From NCBI GenBank assembly GCA_964019335.1, contig OZ025739.1, forward strand, positions 335,133 through 399,132: 64,000 bases of DNA, in the 5' to 3' direction. Below are positions 12,500 through 25,900 of this stretch, one piece after another. Numbering within the stretch: the first letter of the stretch is position 1; each line of letters starts with the position of its first letter. Both the position numbers and the translations under genes were made by a program. The notes beneath the pieces were generated by a model, which made no database searches, was not told where the DNA came from, and saw nothing but the letters and a program-made list of their open reading frames with translations. This stretch comes from Diplonema japonicum. Its lineage: Eukaryota; Protista; Euglenozoa: Diplonemea.

Positions 12500-13918
12500 A
12501 TGACATGGGTGGTGGTGATGTGTGCTGCCGTGCTTGGGACGCCTGCTGTGCCAGGTGTACCCGCTTCGGTGTACGGGAACAGGCAGTGGGTGGAGGCGAA
12601 CTACTCGAACGGTGCAGTGGATCCCCCGAAGCCTGTGATCCCTGACGAGCTGTCGGTACACGTGAGCATTTCGTCCTACAGAGACGAGTTATGCGGGCGA
12701 ACACTCTTCGAGCTCTTCAACTACGCAAAGAACCCTCTCCTCATCACCGTCGGCATCGTGGAGCAGTTCCTGGAAGGCGACATGCGGTGCTTGGAGGGGT
12801 ACTGCAAGCTAATGAACGAGAGCCGCAACACCTGTCCCTACCAAGACCGCATCAAGATTATCAAAATGACAGCTGGTGAAGCACAGGGCCCCATGCACGC
12901 CAGGTCCTTCGGAGGGAAGCTCATTCAAGACGAGAACTTCTGCATGCAAATCGACTCGCACATCCGTGCCATCCAAGACTGGGACACGAAGATGATCAGC
13001 GAGTGGGAGTCTGCCGGGAACGAATACGCTGTGCTGTCCACCTACGTGCAGAAGGAAGAGGACATGGTGTCGCGGGACTACGGATCGGATATCAACAAGT
13101 GGCGCGAGGTGCCCATGATGTGCTCCACGGTGTCGGGGATGTACGGCATGGTGCGCAACAACCAGGCATCGGCCGCCAGGGCGCTCACCCGCCCGCTCCG
13201 TTCATGCTTCTGGGGTGCAGGGCTGAGTTTCTCGAAGTGCCACATGGAGAAGTCCGTTCTGCACGACCCCTACTCGCGTGGCGTCTTCGATGGGGAGGAG
13301 TTCACACGTGCCATCAGGATGTGGACGCACGGCTACGACATGTACGTCCCTAGCAGGGGCATCATCTTCCATGACTACACCAAAGCCCAGAGGTCCCCGA
13401 AGAAGTGGAGTTCTGTTGCAAAACATTCCAACATTGAACGTGCTGACCCTGCCATCGCTTACGCAAGGCTAAAGGGGCTGTTGGGGATGGGGGGAGGCAG
13501 TACCGATGACCTCGGGGAGTACGGCTTTGGGACGCGGCGCACGAAAGCACAATACGAAAAACTCTGCGGGTTGGAACTATCGAGGTCCCCGAGAAACTTC
13601 GAAGAAGGCAAAGACAGATGCGGGAGGTTGCCTTGGGTGCCCTGGGATGTGCCACAGAAGAGCACAGATGATGTTCATCATGATGACAGCAGCAAGGTCC
13701 AGGTACAGGCCAATGTCCAGGTGCAGGTAGTGCACGACGTGCATCACGAGGATCACGAGGTACAGGTGCACGACGGTGTGGGGGATCACGTCAAAAAACC
13801 TATCGGTCCCCCCCACTTGCACATGAAAGAGATTGCGGTCATCCTCCTTGTGATTGTGTTTGTGCTTTCCCGCATGAACAACAGGGGCATGTTCAGACGG
13901 AGGGTCAGAAACGACTGA
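12500..13918 (+). CDS. GT60-family glycosyltransferase (Skp1-hydroxyproline GlcNAc transferase-like), with signal peptide and C-terminal TM helix
   Basis: Motifs VSISSYRDELC, AQGPMHARS, MQIDSH, FWGAGLSFS and FDGEEFTRAIRMWTHGYDMYVP; hydrophobic N- and C-terminal segments. Confidence 0.88.
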   Translation: MTWVVVMCAAVLGTPAVPGVPASVYGNRQWVEANYSNGAVDPPKPVIPDELSVHVSISSYRDELCGRTLFELFNYAKNPLLITVGIVEQFLEGDMRCLEGYCKLMNESRNTCPYQDRIKIIKMTAGEAQGPMHARSFGGKLIQDENFCMQIDSHIRAIQDWDTKMISEWESAGNEYAVLSTYVQKEEDMVSRDYGSDINKWREVPMMCSTVSGMYGMVRNNQASAARALTRPLRSCFWGAGLSFSKCHMEKSVLHDPYSRGVFDGEEFTRAIRMWTHGYDMYVPSRGIIFHDYTKAQRSPKKWSSVAKHSNIERADPAIAYARLKGLLGMGGGSTDDLGEYGFGTRRTKAQYEKLCGLELSRSPRNFEEGKDRCGRLPWVPWDVPQKSTDDVHHDDSSKVQVQANVQVQVVHDVHHEDHEVQVHDGVGDHVKKPIGPPHLHMKEIAVILLVIVFVLSRMNNRGMFRRRVRND

Positions 13919-14054
13919 CCAATACACCCCTGCTGACCTGCCCTTTGCTCTTAGTGTTTATGATCTATGTGTTTTGTACCACCGTATATTCCACGCTCGT
14001 CCCAACACACAATCTATCACAGGAAGTTGGTGCCACGTCGCCGCTTACATCGTT

Positions 14055-15020
14055 ATGCTGATTGATGACGACGACAAAGAAGCACCGCGGATAGTGGGGC
14101 GCGGCAGAGGAGGGAAAGGAGGTCGGGGGAGAGGGAGGGGGAGGAGCGAGGTAGTAGTCGAGAAAGAGGTAGTTCTGGACAAAGAAGTTGAGAAAGAAGA
14201 GAGGTTGCCAGAGCGAAGGCATTGCGGGAGTCTGCGATTAGTCGAAAGAGTGGTGCTTGTAGGAGCGCTGTTTTGGTTGGGTATATGGTCGATGCCTGGT
14301 GCTGGGAGGCCTGGTGGGAGGTACAGCTCTGAAGGGGTCCACACACACACACACCAGCTGAACGTGAAGCTTCACCTTCCCAACGCCACATGGGATGAAG
14401 GGCACATTGTTTACGCGCGTGACTATCACGATCTTGAGACGCAGCTCCATCGTCAGTACAACCACAGCATCGCCTCGCTTCGAAAGAGGCTTGTCGACTC
14501 TGACGGGGTCACCTCCTACCCAGAGGTGAACGGCGAACAGTTCGAACGCATCATCGCCGAGACCACGAAAACAGTCACATTTTGGGTGGTTTTGGGGTCG
14601 AAAGAGTCTGTGCTTCCACACAGCCCGCTCGACCCGGAACCACCCAGCAAAGAGGGGGAAAAGAAAGAACCCCCCATGCAGCATGAAGCACACGCTGCAC
14701 TCCAAACTGAACCTGAAGAGCCAAAGGTCAAAATAGGGCAGGTGTGTTTGGAGGAGGGGAAAAAAAAAAAAAAAAAAAAAAAAAAAGACGGTTGTCGCGT
14801 CCCGGGACATCACTGTAGGTGGAGCCGTCATCGTGCAGAAGAAGAGTCCCGGTGTGGTGAGGTCTGAGGTGAAAACGCAGGTGTGTCGTAATTATATTTT
14901 TTTTTTATACTCTCGCAGGGTGTCACGAAGTGGATGGTGAGATTTCTGGGAGAGTTCGGGTCGTCCCGACCAGTCGTGGCAGTGGTCAACTTGGAGGACC
15001 TTCAGGCAGTACATACATAA
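14055..15020 (+). CDS. Hypothetical single-pass membrane protein
   Basis: TM segment VVLVGALFWLGIW. Exons 14055-14741, 14788-14880, 14919-15020 (introns of 46 and 38 nt) give an open frame ending VKIGQTVVASRDITVGGAVIVQKKSPGVV...LEDLQAVHT*. Confidence 0.7.
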
Positions 15021-15979
15021 TAAAAAAACAACTTTTTTTGTCCATCCCGTACAAGAAATGTATATAAAATATAGCTCTCTTGATTTTAGACCCCCTTTTT
15101 TCCCCTTTTTGTGTCTTTTTCCGTCCCTCCCCCATTCTTGAAGTAGGCGTCAGTTCAGAGAGGGGTTGTAGTCTTTTCTGATGTTTTCGTAACACCCTTC
15201 CCACCGTACACCGCACTTTTTTTTGATGGGGTCGTTGTAACACTTCTCCTCCAGTGGTTTTTCTTTTTGTAATTCAGACGGGGCTGTTCTCCTCCATCAT
15301 AGTGAATCCCCCCCCTTTTTTTTTCTTTTGTGCGCTCAATCGGGGAACGCATTATCATCCTCTGTATTTCTTCTATTAAATCTTCCTTTCTTTGAACCCC
15401 CCCCCCCCCCCCCCCTCCCTCGTCTGAACCAGGAAAGAATAAGCAACAATGCACACAGATATGCTTTCTTTCATATTTTTTTTTTTGCACCCATTCCCTT
15501 AATGGATATTTTTCTTTGAAAAATATAATTTCTTTTTTTAGAAACGCCACAAGTAGTACCCTTGACCATGCGGTCCTGGGTGCATGGACTCCTTTTTTCC
15601 AAACCCAAGCAATGTCAGCTAACCAATGGCGACTAGGTATCTCACTCTCCTTTTTTTTTCCGTCATGTTTCCCGAACCTTTTTACCTGAGTTGAAACTTT
15701 TTAGTTGAACCAGGGTGACAAAAGGGGTTTTCCCCCTCCCCTTCATCCCCCCTCATCCTTTTGTTTTCCGAATAAAAGAAACCTCATCTCATTTACACCC
15801 CTCCCCCCCCCTTTTTTTATTTCTCCGTTATTTTTCTTATATCCCTTTCCTCTCCCTCCACCCTTTGTTTTTCATGTACACATCTACACGAATTTGCTCT
15901 TCCTCTCTTTTTATTTTTGCTGCCCTGTCGTCGTTACTACCGATAAAAACTCTCTTTCAGGTGCCCGTAAAATGAAGAC

Positions 15980-17137
15980 ATGGCACCTTTGCGGAGAGAC
16001 TCGCGACAAAGCAGCGTCAGACGCGGCAGGAGCCACAACAGCGCGTCGGGTGGTGGCAGCCGCCCCCCGACACCAACCCGTGTTAGCAGCCAGAATGGCT
16101 CTGATAAGCAGCTAGCACCGCCAATGGTGCCCCTCATCATGAGGTGTTTCCAAGAAGAATACCGATGTGACGGAGCAGAACGACAGATAAACGAACGGCA
16201 GCGGCAGGCAGAGCGGGACCTTATCCAAAACGAGCGCAGACTAGCACAGCTGAAAAGCAGAGAAAAACCCTCCGTCGCCGCGTTCAATGCTTACAGTGGC
16301 AGGACCACCTCGGGGTCCATACCTTTGCCACCTGAAGCTATGACGTCTCAAACCCCACAAGCGCGCACACAGCAGACACCACCTATTCAGGTTATTATCG
16401 TTAACAACACACAGCAGGCACCGCAGTCGGTGTCGCAGACGTGCGAGCGTATCTCCACTGCTATGAACGCCCTGCAGAACACGCTCGGTCCAGCACCCCC
16501 CATCAGGACACCGGCATCCTCTGAGATACCCCCTGCAAGGGGCCCCAGCACATGGTCCGCCTCAACACGGGGTGTAGTCACCCCACCAGCTCCTGTGGAA
16601 AAGCCGACACCTTACCATAGGCTTCCCCCTCCCCCTACGCCGATGGGAGGGCAGGGCGTTCCGAGGTTTTCACCTGTTTTCATCCCCACCCGGAGAATGC
16701 AACCTTCCCCGTTGCCGGAACCGAGTTATGGAAGCACACGACCAACACCACTATCACAGACAGCACCTCGGCCCTATGTACACATCCCAGTACCATTTAG
16801 GGAAGGTTTTGTACCCCGTGACTCTTCGCCTGCATACGTGCCGCCTGTCCTTGTGTGCCCCGTGAATGGTGCTGCTGTGCCGTCCAAAAAGCCGCCTTCA
16901 CTCTCCGTTCCCTCCACCTCAGTGGAACCTTACGTGTCCCCACGCCGCATGTCACCCTCGCCAACGCAAACTCGGCATTACAGCCCCCCACACTGCCCGG
17001 GTGAGCCCTGTAAGCCCCCTTCTGTCGAGCCTTTCACGTCACTGAGGACCTCACCCATGCCTCCCGATAGATTCAGTAAACAGGTTGTCCCACTTGTGAA
17101 CTCTGCAATCAGAGAGGGATGTAACCACAGATTTTAG
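15980..17137 (+). CDS. Hypothetical Pro/Ser/Thr-rich, mostly disordered protein
   Basis: 385-aa ORF preceded by a pyrimidine tract and CAG at 15960; short coiled coil near the N-terminus. Confidence 0.65.
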   Translation: MAPLRRDSRQSSVRRGRSHNSASGGGSRPPTPTRVSSQNGSDKQLAPPMVPLIMRCFQEEYRCDGAERQINERQRQAERDLIQNERRLAQLKSREKPSVAAFNAYSGRTTSGSIPLPPEAMTSQTPQARTQQTPPIQVIIVNNTQQAPQSVSQTCERISTAMNALQNTLGPAPPIRTPASSEIPPARGPSTWSASTRGVVTPPAPVEKPTPYHRLPPPPTPMGGQGVPRFSPVFIPTRRMQPSPLPEPSYGSTRPTPLSQTAPRPYVHIPVPFREGFVPRDSSPAYVPPVLVCPVNGAAVPSKKPPSLSVPSTSVEPYVSPRRMSPSPTQTRHYSPPHCPGEPCKPPSVEPFTSLRTSPMPPDRFSKQVVPLVNSAIREGCNHRF

Positions 17138-17226
17138 AAGCCACACGGCATCTTGTATTATGATGTATTATGTTTATCTCTTATGTTGCATTCCGGTCAT
17201 CTGGCTTACAACTTCCCATTCAGGAA

Positions 17227-20200
17227 ATGAGTCTGAGCGGCGATGAGGAAGAGTATGATGTGGAAGCGGGCGAGGTGCCGAAGCCAAGCATGTTGAGGAG
17301 GGCGAAGACTGGGAAAGAGGAAGATGCTGGACCGACCAATGTGCAGCCGCAGGTGATGAGGCGGAGGAAAACCGGCGGCGGCTCCAATACCGTCGTAGTG
17401 TGGACGCTACTCGCGTTCGTGGTGATGGTGGTTCTCACGTGGTGGGGGCTCATGACGGCAGTGATGGGAAGCAACAAGATTGAACCGCACAGAGTGACAC
17501 CGACTAAGAATGCAAAGCAGATAATCGAGCAAACGGAGGGACTTGAGTGGGATCGCATCTATGCAGCACATGCCAAACAAATAGGATGGGTTCTTGAAGA
17601 CAGGGGGGAACTGCTGAACATAGGGTTTCCCGATGGAACTACAAAGTGGTACCCTGCTGAAGCCGTAACACCTGCTGTGAAGTCGGCAGAAAGGAAAAAG
17701 CGCCCAAAGAAGCACAAGAAGATAGAAGAAGACGACAGTGAGGAACACGAAAAGGTGAAGAAAGAAGGCGAGGAGGAGAAGAAGGAAGATAACGAGGACG
17801 TTCAAAAAGAGATACACGTGCTAGACAACGAAGCAGAGAAGCATCATGGAGCGAATGACGCGCAAGAGGCACTAGAGAACGCAGAGTCCCCGCCCCCTGC
17901 CCGCAAGCACCGACGCAAGAGGAAGCGTCACAACACCGATGGGAGCACAGAAGAACACCAGGAGAACGGCACCGATGACGACAACACTCACAAGCACCGA
18001 GGAAACGAAGGGAAAGAAGCGGAGGACACAGAGTCGCCATCTCCAGCGCCTCGCAGGCACCGCCGCAAGAAGAAGAAACTCGATGACAATGAAAACGGAG
18101 CGGAAGAAAATGAACAAGATGAACATAGAAAACCGGTTGAAGAAGATGACAACATCCCCCACAGGCACCGTCGTCACAAGAAGACAGACACCGAGAACAG
18201 CGAGGAACCTTCCAAAGACTCGGACAAAGAGAAAAAAGAAGAAGAACAAGAAGACAAGCCCACTCATAAGCGTCGCAAGAGGAAGAAGCACCTCGAAGAA
18301 GCACACGAAGAGAAAGACGGTGACGAGGAAAAGAAAATCGAAGAGGAAGACACGCCCCCTCCCCACAAACGCCGTAGGAAGAAGCACGTGGAAAATGGTG
18401 TGGAAGAACACAAAGAAACTGACGGAAGCGAGGAAACAAGTCACAAGAAACATGTGAAGAAGCATAAAAAAGGGAAAACACGTGATGCACTAAGCCTGGG
18501 CAGCAACATCCCTAAACATAAGGAGACGTGCACGTACCCTTCATTGCACCCTCATAAGGTATGCGGCTGAATGTTCCTCACGTACCTTCATTGCAGTGGG
18601 CTGAGAAGTTTGGGTGGGGGAAAAAAAAAGAGTTCCCTCCATGCGACGAAGACAGTGCGTTTTCTTCTATCAAGTACAGAGATGCACAGTACGAGAAGAG
18701 TGCGGAAGTGGTGGTGAACTTGCTGGACGAAACAGCCCTCACCTTCAAGGTTGACGAGGGGCACGTGCTGTACAGCAACGGAGTCGACATCACTGATGCA
18801 GACGTGAAGAAAGTAACCTTCACCGCCGATGGGCAGAAGTACGTGCTCAAAGTGAACAAAGCGCCCTACCGCATGGCTCTGGATTGGAGCATTCTTGACA
18901 AGTTGCGTACCATGCTTTCTACATATCAGGTGCACTGCACCATTCCCAGGTATTTCCAATCCCTTCCCTACCTACTGCACACAGACCTGCCACCATAACT
19001 TTCGACTGTAGCGAATCGGCTAAAGTGTTTGGGTTTCACGAGCTTCCCGACAGCTTCTTCAAAAAGATGCAAACTACGGTATGGACATGGCCCACTGCCC
19101 GCTTACCCTTCCACAGATCGATGCCGAGCATAGGCAGAACGAGCTTAAGAACCTTTACACGACGGACAAGATGGAGCACACGACACACAACGTAGAAGAC
19201 AACGCTGCCCTTGACTTGGTATGTCAAGTGCCCACAATAGCAACTTACCACAGGTTGAACCTTACCTTGTGGCTGTGTGCGGGAAGAGGCGTACTTTGCA
19301 CCTGAACCTTCCGTCGCAGGGCATCAAGCCGAAAAAGGAGAACAAAAAGAAGCTCAATGTTCTGCACGTGATGTTTGACTCGTCATCCCTTGCAGCGCTC
19401 ATCAGGGGGTGCCCTAAGATCACCAGCGCGCTGGAGGATCTCAACAACAAGGCCGACTCGCCCAGCAAGGTGTTCACGTTCAAGCATTTGCACGCCGTGT
19501 CGTGCTGCAGTCCTGGGAACCAGATCCCAATGTACAGCGGTAGAATGAACGGTGAAGGGTCACCTTTCGTGAAGGCGGAGCCCAGGCAAGAGTCGACGAA
19601 CTGGCTGTGGAATGTTGCAGGGAAGCTGGGCTACAACACTTTCTTTAGTTTGGACAATTGCCCCGACAAGAGCGCAAGGGACTTTCAAGCATGGCCCAGT
19701 GTAGACCACAGGATTGTAGCTCCCATGTGCATGGCAGGGGTGCTGCTGAGCCACAAAGAAAAACCCTGCCTGACGAGCAGGCCCATTGACGACTATGTGT
19801 TTGAAGGGGCTGACCAGTTCTGGAAGATGTACCCCGACTCACCGAAGTACGCTGCTATGCAGCTCATCACGCCACACGAGGAGACGGAGAAGCTCCTCAT
19901 TGAGCTCGACAACCCGATGTCCTCTTTGCTTCACAAGCTCGAGAAAGACGGCACCCTCAACAACACCGCTGTGGTGTTCTTCTCGGACCACGGGATTAAT
20001 TTCGGGAGGTACGCCTCCACACACGACGGTGAGATCGAGAAAATGTTCCCCTTTATGCACGTGGTGCTGCCTAGGTGGGTGGACCAGAGTGCCATCAGCT
20101 TCGACGCGCTGAGGGCAAACCAAGATGCGCTCGTGACACCTTACGACATGCACCAGCTGGTGCGAGAGCTCCTCTACTACCCCGACAAGGCGCCCCCGTA

Positions 20201-20756
20201 CTCTATCGACGAGGAAGACCCGTCGCTGCCAAAGCCTGAGCAGTCGCACATCGTGGCCTCTATGAAGACACTAAAGGAGTACGAGAAGGTGGCACAGCAT
20301 GTGGTTCCACACAGCAGAGACTGTGTGGCTGCCAACATCCCTCCTGAGTTTTGCACGTGCATCGCGTGGGAGGAGGTGAGTGACAAAGAGAAATTTGACG
20401 TTCAGGTGAACGCTGTGGTGAAGCACCACAAGGAAGTGCTTGAAGGACTGGATCAGTGCGAGCAGGTGGAACTCGATACCGTAACAGGAATCGAACTGCA
20501 AGTGTGGCCCGTTGAATACCATCCTAAAGAACATCCAAAAGCAAAGAAGATATGGATGGCCCCTAACAGAGACATGCTGAGGATTCATTACACGCTGAAA
20601 GGCACCTCAGCACAGTTCGAGGCCATTGTCAGTCTCGTGAAGGACGCCTACCCTACCTTCGACATCGCAATTGCGACACGTCTCGACGCGATGACCAAAA
20701 AATGCGGTGTCACCGAGAAGAAATCGGAGATCCTTTGTGTCTGCAAAGAAGATTAA
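17227..20756 (+). CDS. Type II membrane protein with charged stalk and C-terminal alkaline-phosphatase/sulfatase-superfamily (DUF229-like) domain
   Basis: Exons 17227-18558, 18597-18949, 18985-19078, 19117-19218, 19254-20756. Four introns of 35-38 nt join four ORFs in frame (3384 nt). Motifs LNVLHVMFDSSS, NNTAVVFFSDHG, LVTPYDMH and RDCVAANIPPEFCTC. Confidence 0.82.
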
Positions 20757-20784
20757 CCTCCCCCTTAACCGTAACTAAAGTTAA

Positions 20785-22335
<1,551 letters not shown>

Positions 22336-22424
22336 CAGTCCTCGAGGCCTTCCTGCGTGATAGAAATATCAAAGGAGTGAGACAAATATGGGGGGAAAAA
22401 GTGTATCTGTCATTAATTTTTTTT

Positions 22425-22461
<37 letters not shown>

Positions 22462-22978
22462 GTTTTATAACTAGAAGGGCCGATGACGTCCCTCTAGTGA
22501 GAGAGAAGGAGGAAGAAAAAAAGGGGGGGTATTTTAAAAAAAAAAAAGGAAGAAGAAAAGTAACATGGTATTGACTATTGTTTTCATCCCCTCCTCCCCC
22601 ACCCCCTAAGTTAACCTCTTTTTTTTTTTTCCTATCCCTTTTTTCTTCACATGTTTTTCTTTCTTTCTTTTCCCTCTAATTGTTTCTTTTTTTTTTTTTA
22701 CCATTAATTTTCTTATTCATTTTCTTATTCATCTCGTAGCCCCTTTTACCAATTGATTATTTTCCTGCATAAAACCATCACACAGGAAACTGTTGCCGGT
22801 GAGGGGCAAGGGGGTCCTGGGGGGGTTGGGGGGTGGAGTAGAAAAGGGCTCGCTGTAAATCTTGAGATATTCATTTCTCTTCTTTTACTCACCGTTTCAA
22901 CCCCCCTCTTTTTTTTTTGTTTCACCTCTTTTTTTTAAAAAAAAAACTCTGGTGTTCGGGGTATTCCTCCCGGGCACA

Positions 22979-25900
22979 ATGATGATCGCACCGTTGTCTT
23001 ACAGTGTGCAGGTGTTGCTTGTGTTACTGACGTTGATTGGGCCAAGATGCCAAGGACAAGGGGGAAAGAAAGACGAAGTAGTTAGTTTCACACCAAGCAA
23101 ACTGGTGTTTCCGGCAACTGAAGTGTGCAAAGCAAAGAAGGAGATTGTACGGCTAACGGGTGAACAAGGGAAGTCTGTTGAGATCCAGGACATTATGTCC
23201 AGTTCGCCTTTCCATGTTGAATTCACGTATGGCTCTTCATCTTTCGCGGTGTCCTTCTGCCCTAAGGAGCCCTCTGATGCCGCATCCACCATTACCATCG
23301 AGACCGCGGACGGGTGGCATACCTACAGTGTCGAAGGTCTTGGTATCCCGTCTGCCTACCGCGTGCAGCCCATCATCAACAACATCATCCCAACGGGCGC
23401 CACTCTCAAGAAGACTCTCACCCTGTACAACCCCATCCAGGGACGCGATATCAACATCATCAACTGCACCACTGACAGTCTCTTCGTTGTTCTCAACCAC
23501 TCCGCTTCGCACCAATGGGTCTTGTCGCCTTATCAGCAGAAGCCCATCGTCTCTGTATCCATCCTGCCCATCTTCCCCGGCCTGCTAGAAGGTGTTGTCT
23601 CCATTGCTATGGAAGTGGGTGACGATGTCGAGATCTTGCAGGTCCCTGTCGAGTACACGTCAGCAGAGCCTGGTGTGTTCCCCACAAAGACAAGCATCTC
23701 CTTCGGCACTGTGACGACGGTGGGAGTAGGCATCGAGAGGAAGGTGTCCTTGCTGAACACCGGACAGCACGCTACCATTGAGCACATAGAAGTCGTTCCC
23801 GACGAGGAGGGCGGGCCTCTTGTGGAGCTGGAGGTGCTAAACAAGGTTCTTGTGCCACACAAGACAACGGATGTGGGGATACTGCTGTTCAAATCTTCGA
23901 AGGAAGGTGAGTTTCGGGGCAAGGTGTGGATCACATTTGCCTCTGAGGAGGCACAAGACGTCGAGGTGCGGTACTCCGGGAAGGTGGTGCCGGGACACTT
24001 GTCGTACAACGCAAACGCGACGCTGTTCTTATCCACAGGTGCTGATGCACAACCTGTGAAGCCGTTGTACATCACAAATAACTTTGGTGTCCCTGTCCTT
24101 ATCAAGGAGGCTTTGGTCACCTCGGGGTACTTCCAGGTTATGTCCAAGGTAGGCAGGTTGGTGGTCCAACCCCAGCAGACCGTCAAGGTTCTGTCCCTAA
24201 AGTACATCTCCAAGCAGCCCTTGTTCGTGTGTGGCAACCTCACGCTGTTCACAAACGTGACCTCCTTGGTGGTCCCTTTACAGTCCTACCATGGAAAAGT
24301 CTCCATCACTACCAGTCCTATCACACAACAAGACATCCAAGTCAGTGCACTCAAGGCATTCAGTCCGCCCACTATCAATCTGGGCCTCGTTTCTATCCCC
24401 GACAAGAAGGCCCTTTCACTCCACATATCAAATCCCAACCCCATACCCCTCACCCTCAAGTCCATCAAGGAGGACAAGGGTCTTAAGCTGAAATCACCAA
24501 AACCGACTGGCCAGCACGTGCTGCAGCCTAAGGAGACGAAGGTCGTAAATGCGAGCCTAGAAATAGATACTGTCGGTGCGGGAAGTGCTCTGCTGAACGT
24601 CAAGACACAGTACCAAGACATCCAAGTAGACGTGATCTACAAGGCTATGGAGGGCAGTGCCACTTTTGTGCTGCACAACACGGAAGATCCCATCACAGAA
24701 GATACGCCACTCAATATTGAGAACGTGCTGATGGCATCGCGATCGGAGGCACCCGTCTTCATCAACTCGACACATGACCAGCCGCTGCTTATAGAGAACG
24801 TGACCTCCAACGACAAGCGGGTGCAGATGTGGCTCTCCTCTTCTCACGTTGTGGTCCCGGCTGCGGTGACTGAAGTAGGCCGCATTGTGGTGGTCCCCGA
24901 CGCAGGGAACGGCTCGATAGCCAACAGGAGAAAAAGCCACTTGAGGCGGAAGACCCTGTGCACTGACGACCTGGAGCAATACAAAGCCGTGCAGGCAGCG
25001 AATAGCGAGGCAGGCATGCAGCTCGATGCAGTTGTTTCCCTTGTAGTCACAGACGAGTCGCAGCAGTACAAGAAGTCACTACCGCTGTACATTACAACGC
25101 ACCCTCGTCGTGCCCAGATCCTCTCTTCTCCCACACTCAATTTCGGCAAATGGCCTGTTGGCAAGACAGCAGAGCAGTCCATAGTTATCACCAACCCCGG
25201 CACCTCCGACCTCCACATACAGCTCATGCGTTGGAGCGAAGTCCCCACGCCGCTAGTACACGCATTAAGCGGAACGCTCAACGTCACAACCGACGTAAGC
25301 AACGACGGTGACTTCACCATTCATCCCAACAGTGTCAGGCGTGTGACCATCGCTCCGGGAGAGCAGGTGACACTGGGCCCCATCGCCTTCAAAGCTTCTA
25401 AGATGGAGCAGGTCAGCTCCGTTTTGTTCGTGCGCAACAGCATCTCGGGTGTTGAAAGCCTTGTCCTGTCGGGAAGCGGTGGGAGGGGCCTGCTCATGCT
25501 GGATGGTGTGAAGGACGATGTTCCTAATGTACTGCAGCTCCGGACCACCAAAACAAACTTTGCTAAGTTTGATGTGCGGCCTATATTCGGCGAGGGTGCT
25601 GTACGGGGTGCGTTCGTTCCATGGACCTGCATCTTCTCGCTGATGCTGCACGGCATGCAGTGGCTAAACACGACATACATGGTGCCTGAGCACTTCACAC
25701 ACTCGCGGCCCAACGCCATCAGCAAGTACTTCTCCGACCCTATCAAGTTCAAGAAGACATTTGAGTTCACAAACCATGGGAATTACCATGTCAACATAAC
25801 GAAGGCGAGGTTACTAGGGTCCAACGGGCTGCGCTCTTGCAACGTGAATGGGCTGAGCATTACAGGCTGCGAGTCGTTCACCTCGTTCGTGCCCCCTGGT

